Shown piece after piece: positions 63,323-64,000 of a stretch of DNA of 64,000 bases. Source of the DNA: Tubiluchus corallicola (Eukaryota > Animalia > Priapulida). Under the pieces are notes generated by a model, which was not told the origin of the DNA, made no database searches, and saw only the letters and a program-made list of their open reading frames with translations. The stretch is taken from the NCBI GenBank assembly GCA_030141605.1, contig JAQGDQ010000148.1:432639-496638 (forward strand), in the 5' to 3' direction. The translations under genes and the position numbers were made by a program. Each line of letters begins with the position of its first letter. The first letter of the stretch is position 1.

Positions 63323-64000
63323 ATTTTTTACCTAAAAATTCACATTGTTTACATACAATAATTTCAATAATCTACACACTAAAGTTGCACTACTCAATGT
63401 TACGTATCAAACATGCCTTTGTATCTCTCCCTTTCTCTGCTGCTGTGTGCTTCCAATGCTGTTTTACACAGTGCTAGGTATTTCTTGATGCGAGGGTCTG
63501 AAATACGAAAGTTTAAATGCATTTTTTTGTTAAGAAATAAATTAACCAGAATGGGCTGCAACAAAACTTTGCAGCCAGCTACCCAGGTAGCAAACAGAAT
63601 TAATTTACTTGCGTGCAATTTCTATAGTTAATACAGGACGCTTGTAACATCAAGCGTGATATTCGTCATTCAAATACGACTAGGTCATCCAAATGTGACA
63701 ACAATGATATTGATTCTGGGACTGTAGTCAAGTGTTTGCTTTAGATTTATGATAGTCAAATGTGACATAGGTCTGTCAAATCTGAGAGGCTTGAAATTAC
63801 AATTATTCTTTGTTATTTCATTAGTTTAAAAACAAATTTATTATTGTTCTGCATAAACTGCAGATTAGGCCATGGAAAGACAAGTTTACTAGTTTAGCAA
63901 ATAAAACGCGCTTGAAAAACCTGTTAGGAATCAAGCAGACAACTTGGAGTGTGATAAAAAGAACGCTCAAACATTAACATCAGACTTCGGGGAGGATTTC

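Noticed and set aside
1-64000. Prokaryotic features (CRISPR arrays, operons, IS elements) and U12 or GC-AG introns
   Set aside because: The window is a spliced eukaryotic gene; no repeat-spacer arrays were seen and all traced introns are GT-AG without U12 donor consensus.

Overview
This is AT-rich eukaryotic (invertebrate animal) genomic DNA. The window is almost entirely the 3' ~70% of one + strand ryanodine receptor (RyR) gene. I traced 85 phase-consistent GT-AG coding exons by hand, from 291 (region before SPRY3) to the stop codon at 62151-62153. They run through SPRY3, the junctional and bridging solenoids, Repeat3&4, the CaM-binding site, central domain, EF-hands, S1-S6 pore and C2H2 CTD; the 5' part of the gene lies upstream of the window. 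The most striking feature is a tandem duplication of the exon for the main calmodulin-binding helix (38597-38709 and 38738-38856). The copies have the same phases and are only 28 nt apart, so they look mutually exclusive. Two short phase-matched candidate exons nearby would delete the CaM site altogether, and the cluster is flanked by UGCAUG motifs. Several frame-preserving candidate microexons lie in other introns. The pore has unusual substitutions ([11 protein letters not shown]; ELRG) and the EF-hands look degenerate. Introns carry a two-copy MITE, 5S-rRNA-like fragments and microsatellites. The ORF-track entries are exon fragments with intronic read-through, or noise. RyR1 and insect residue numbers and reference motifs are recalled from memory, not from alignments run here.
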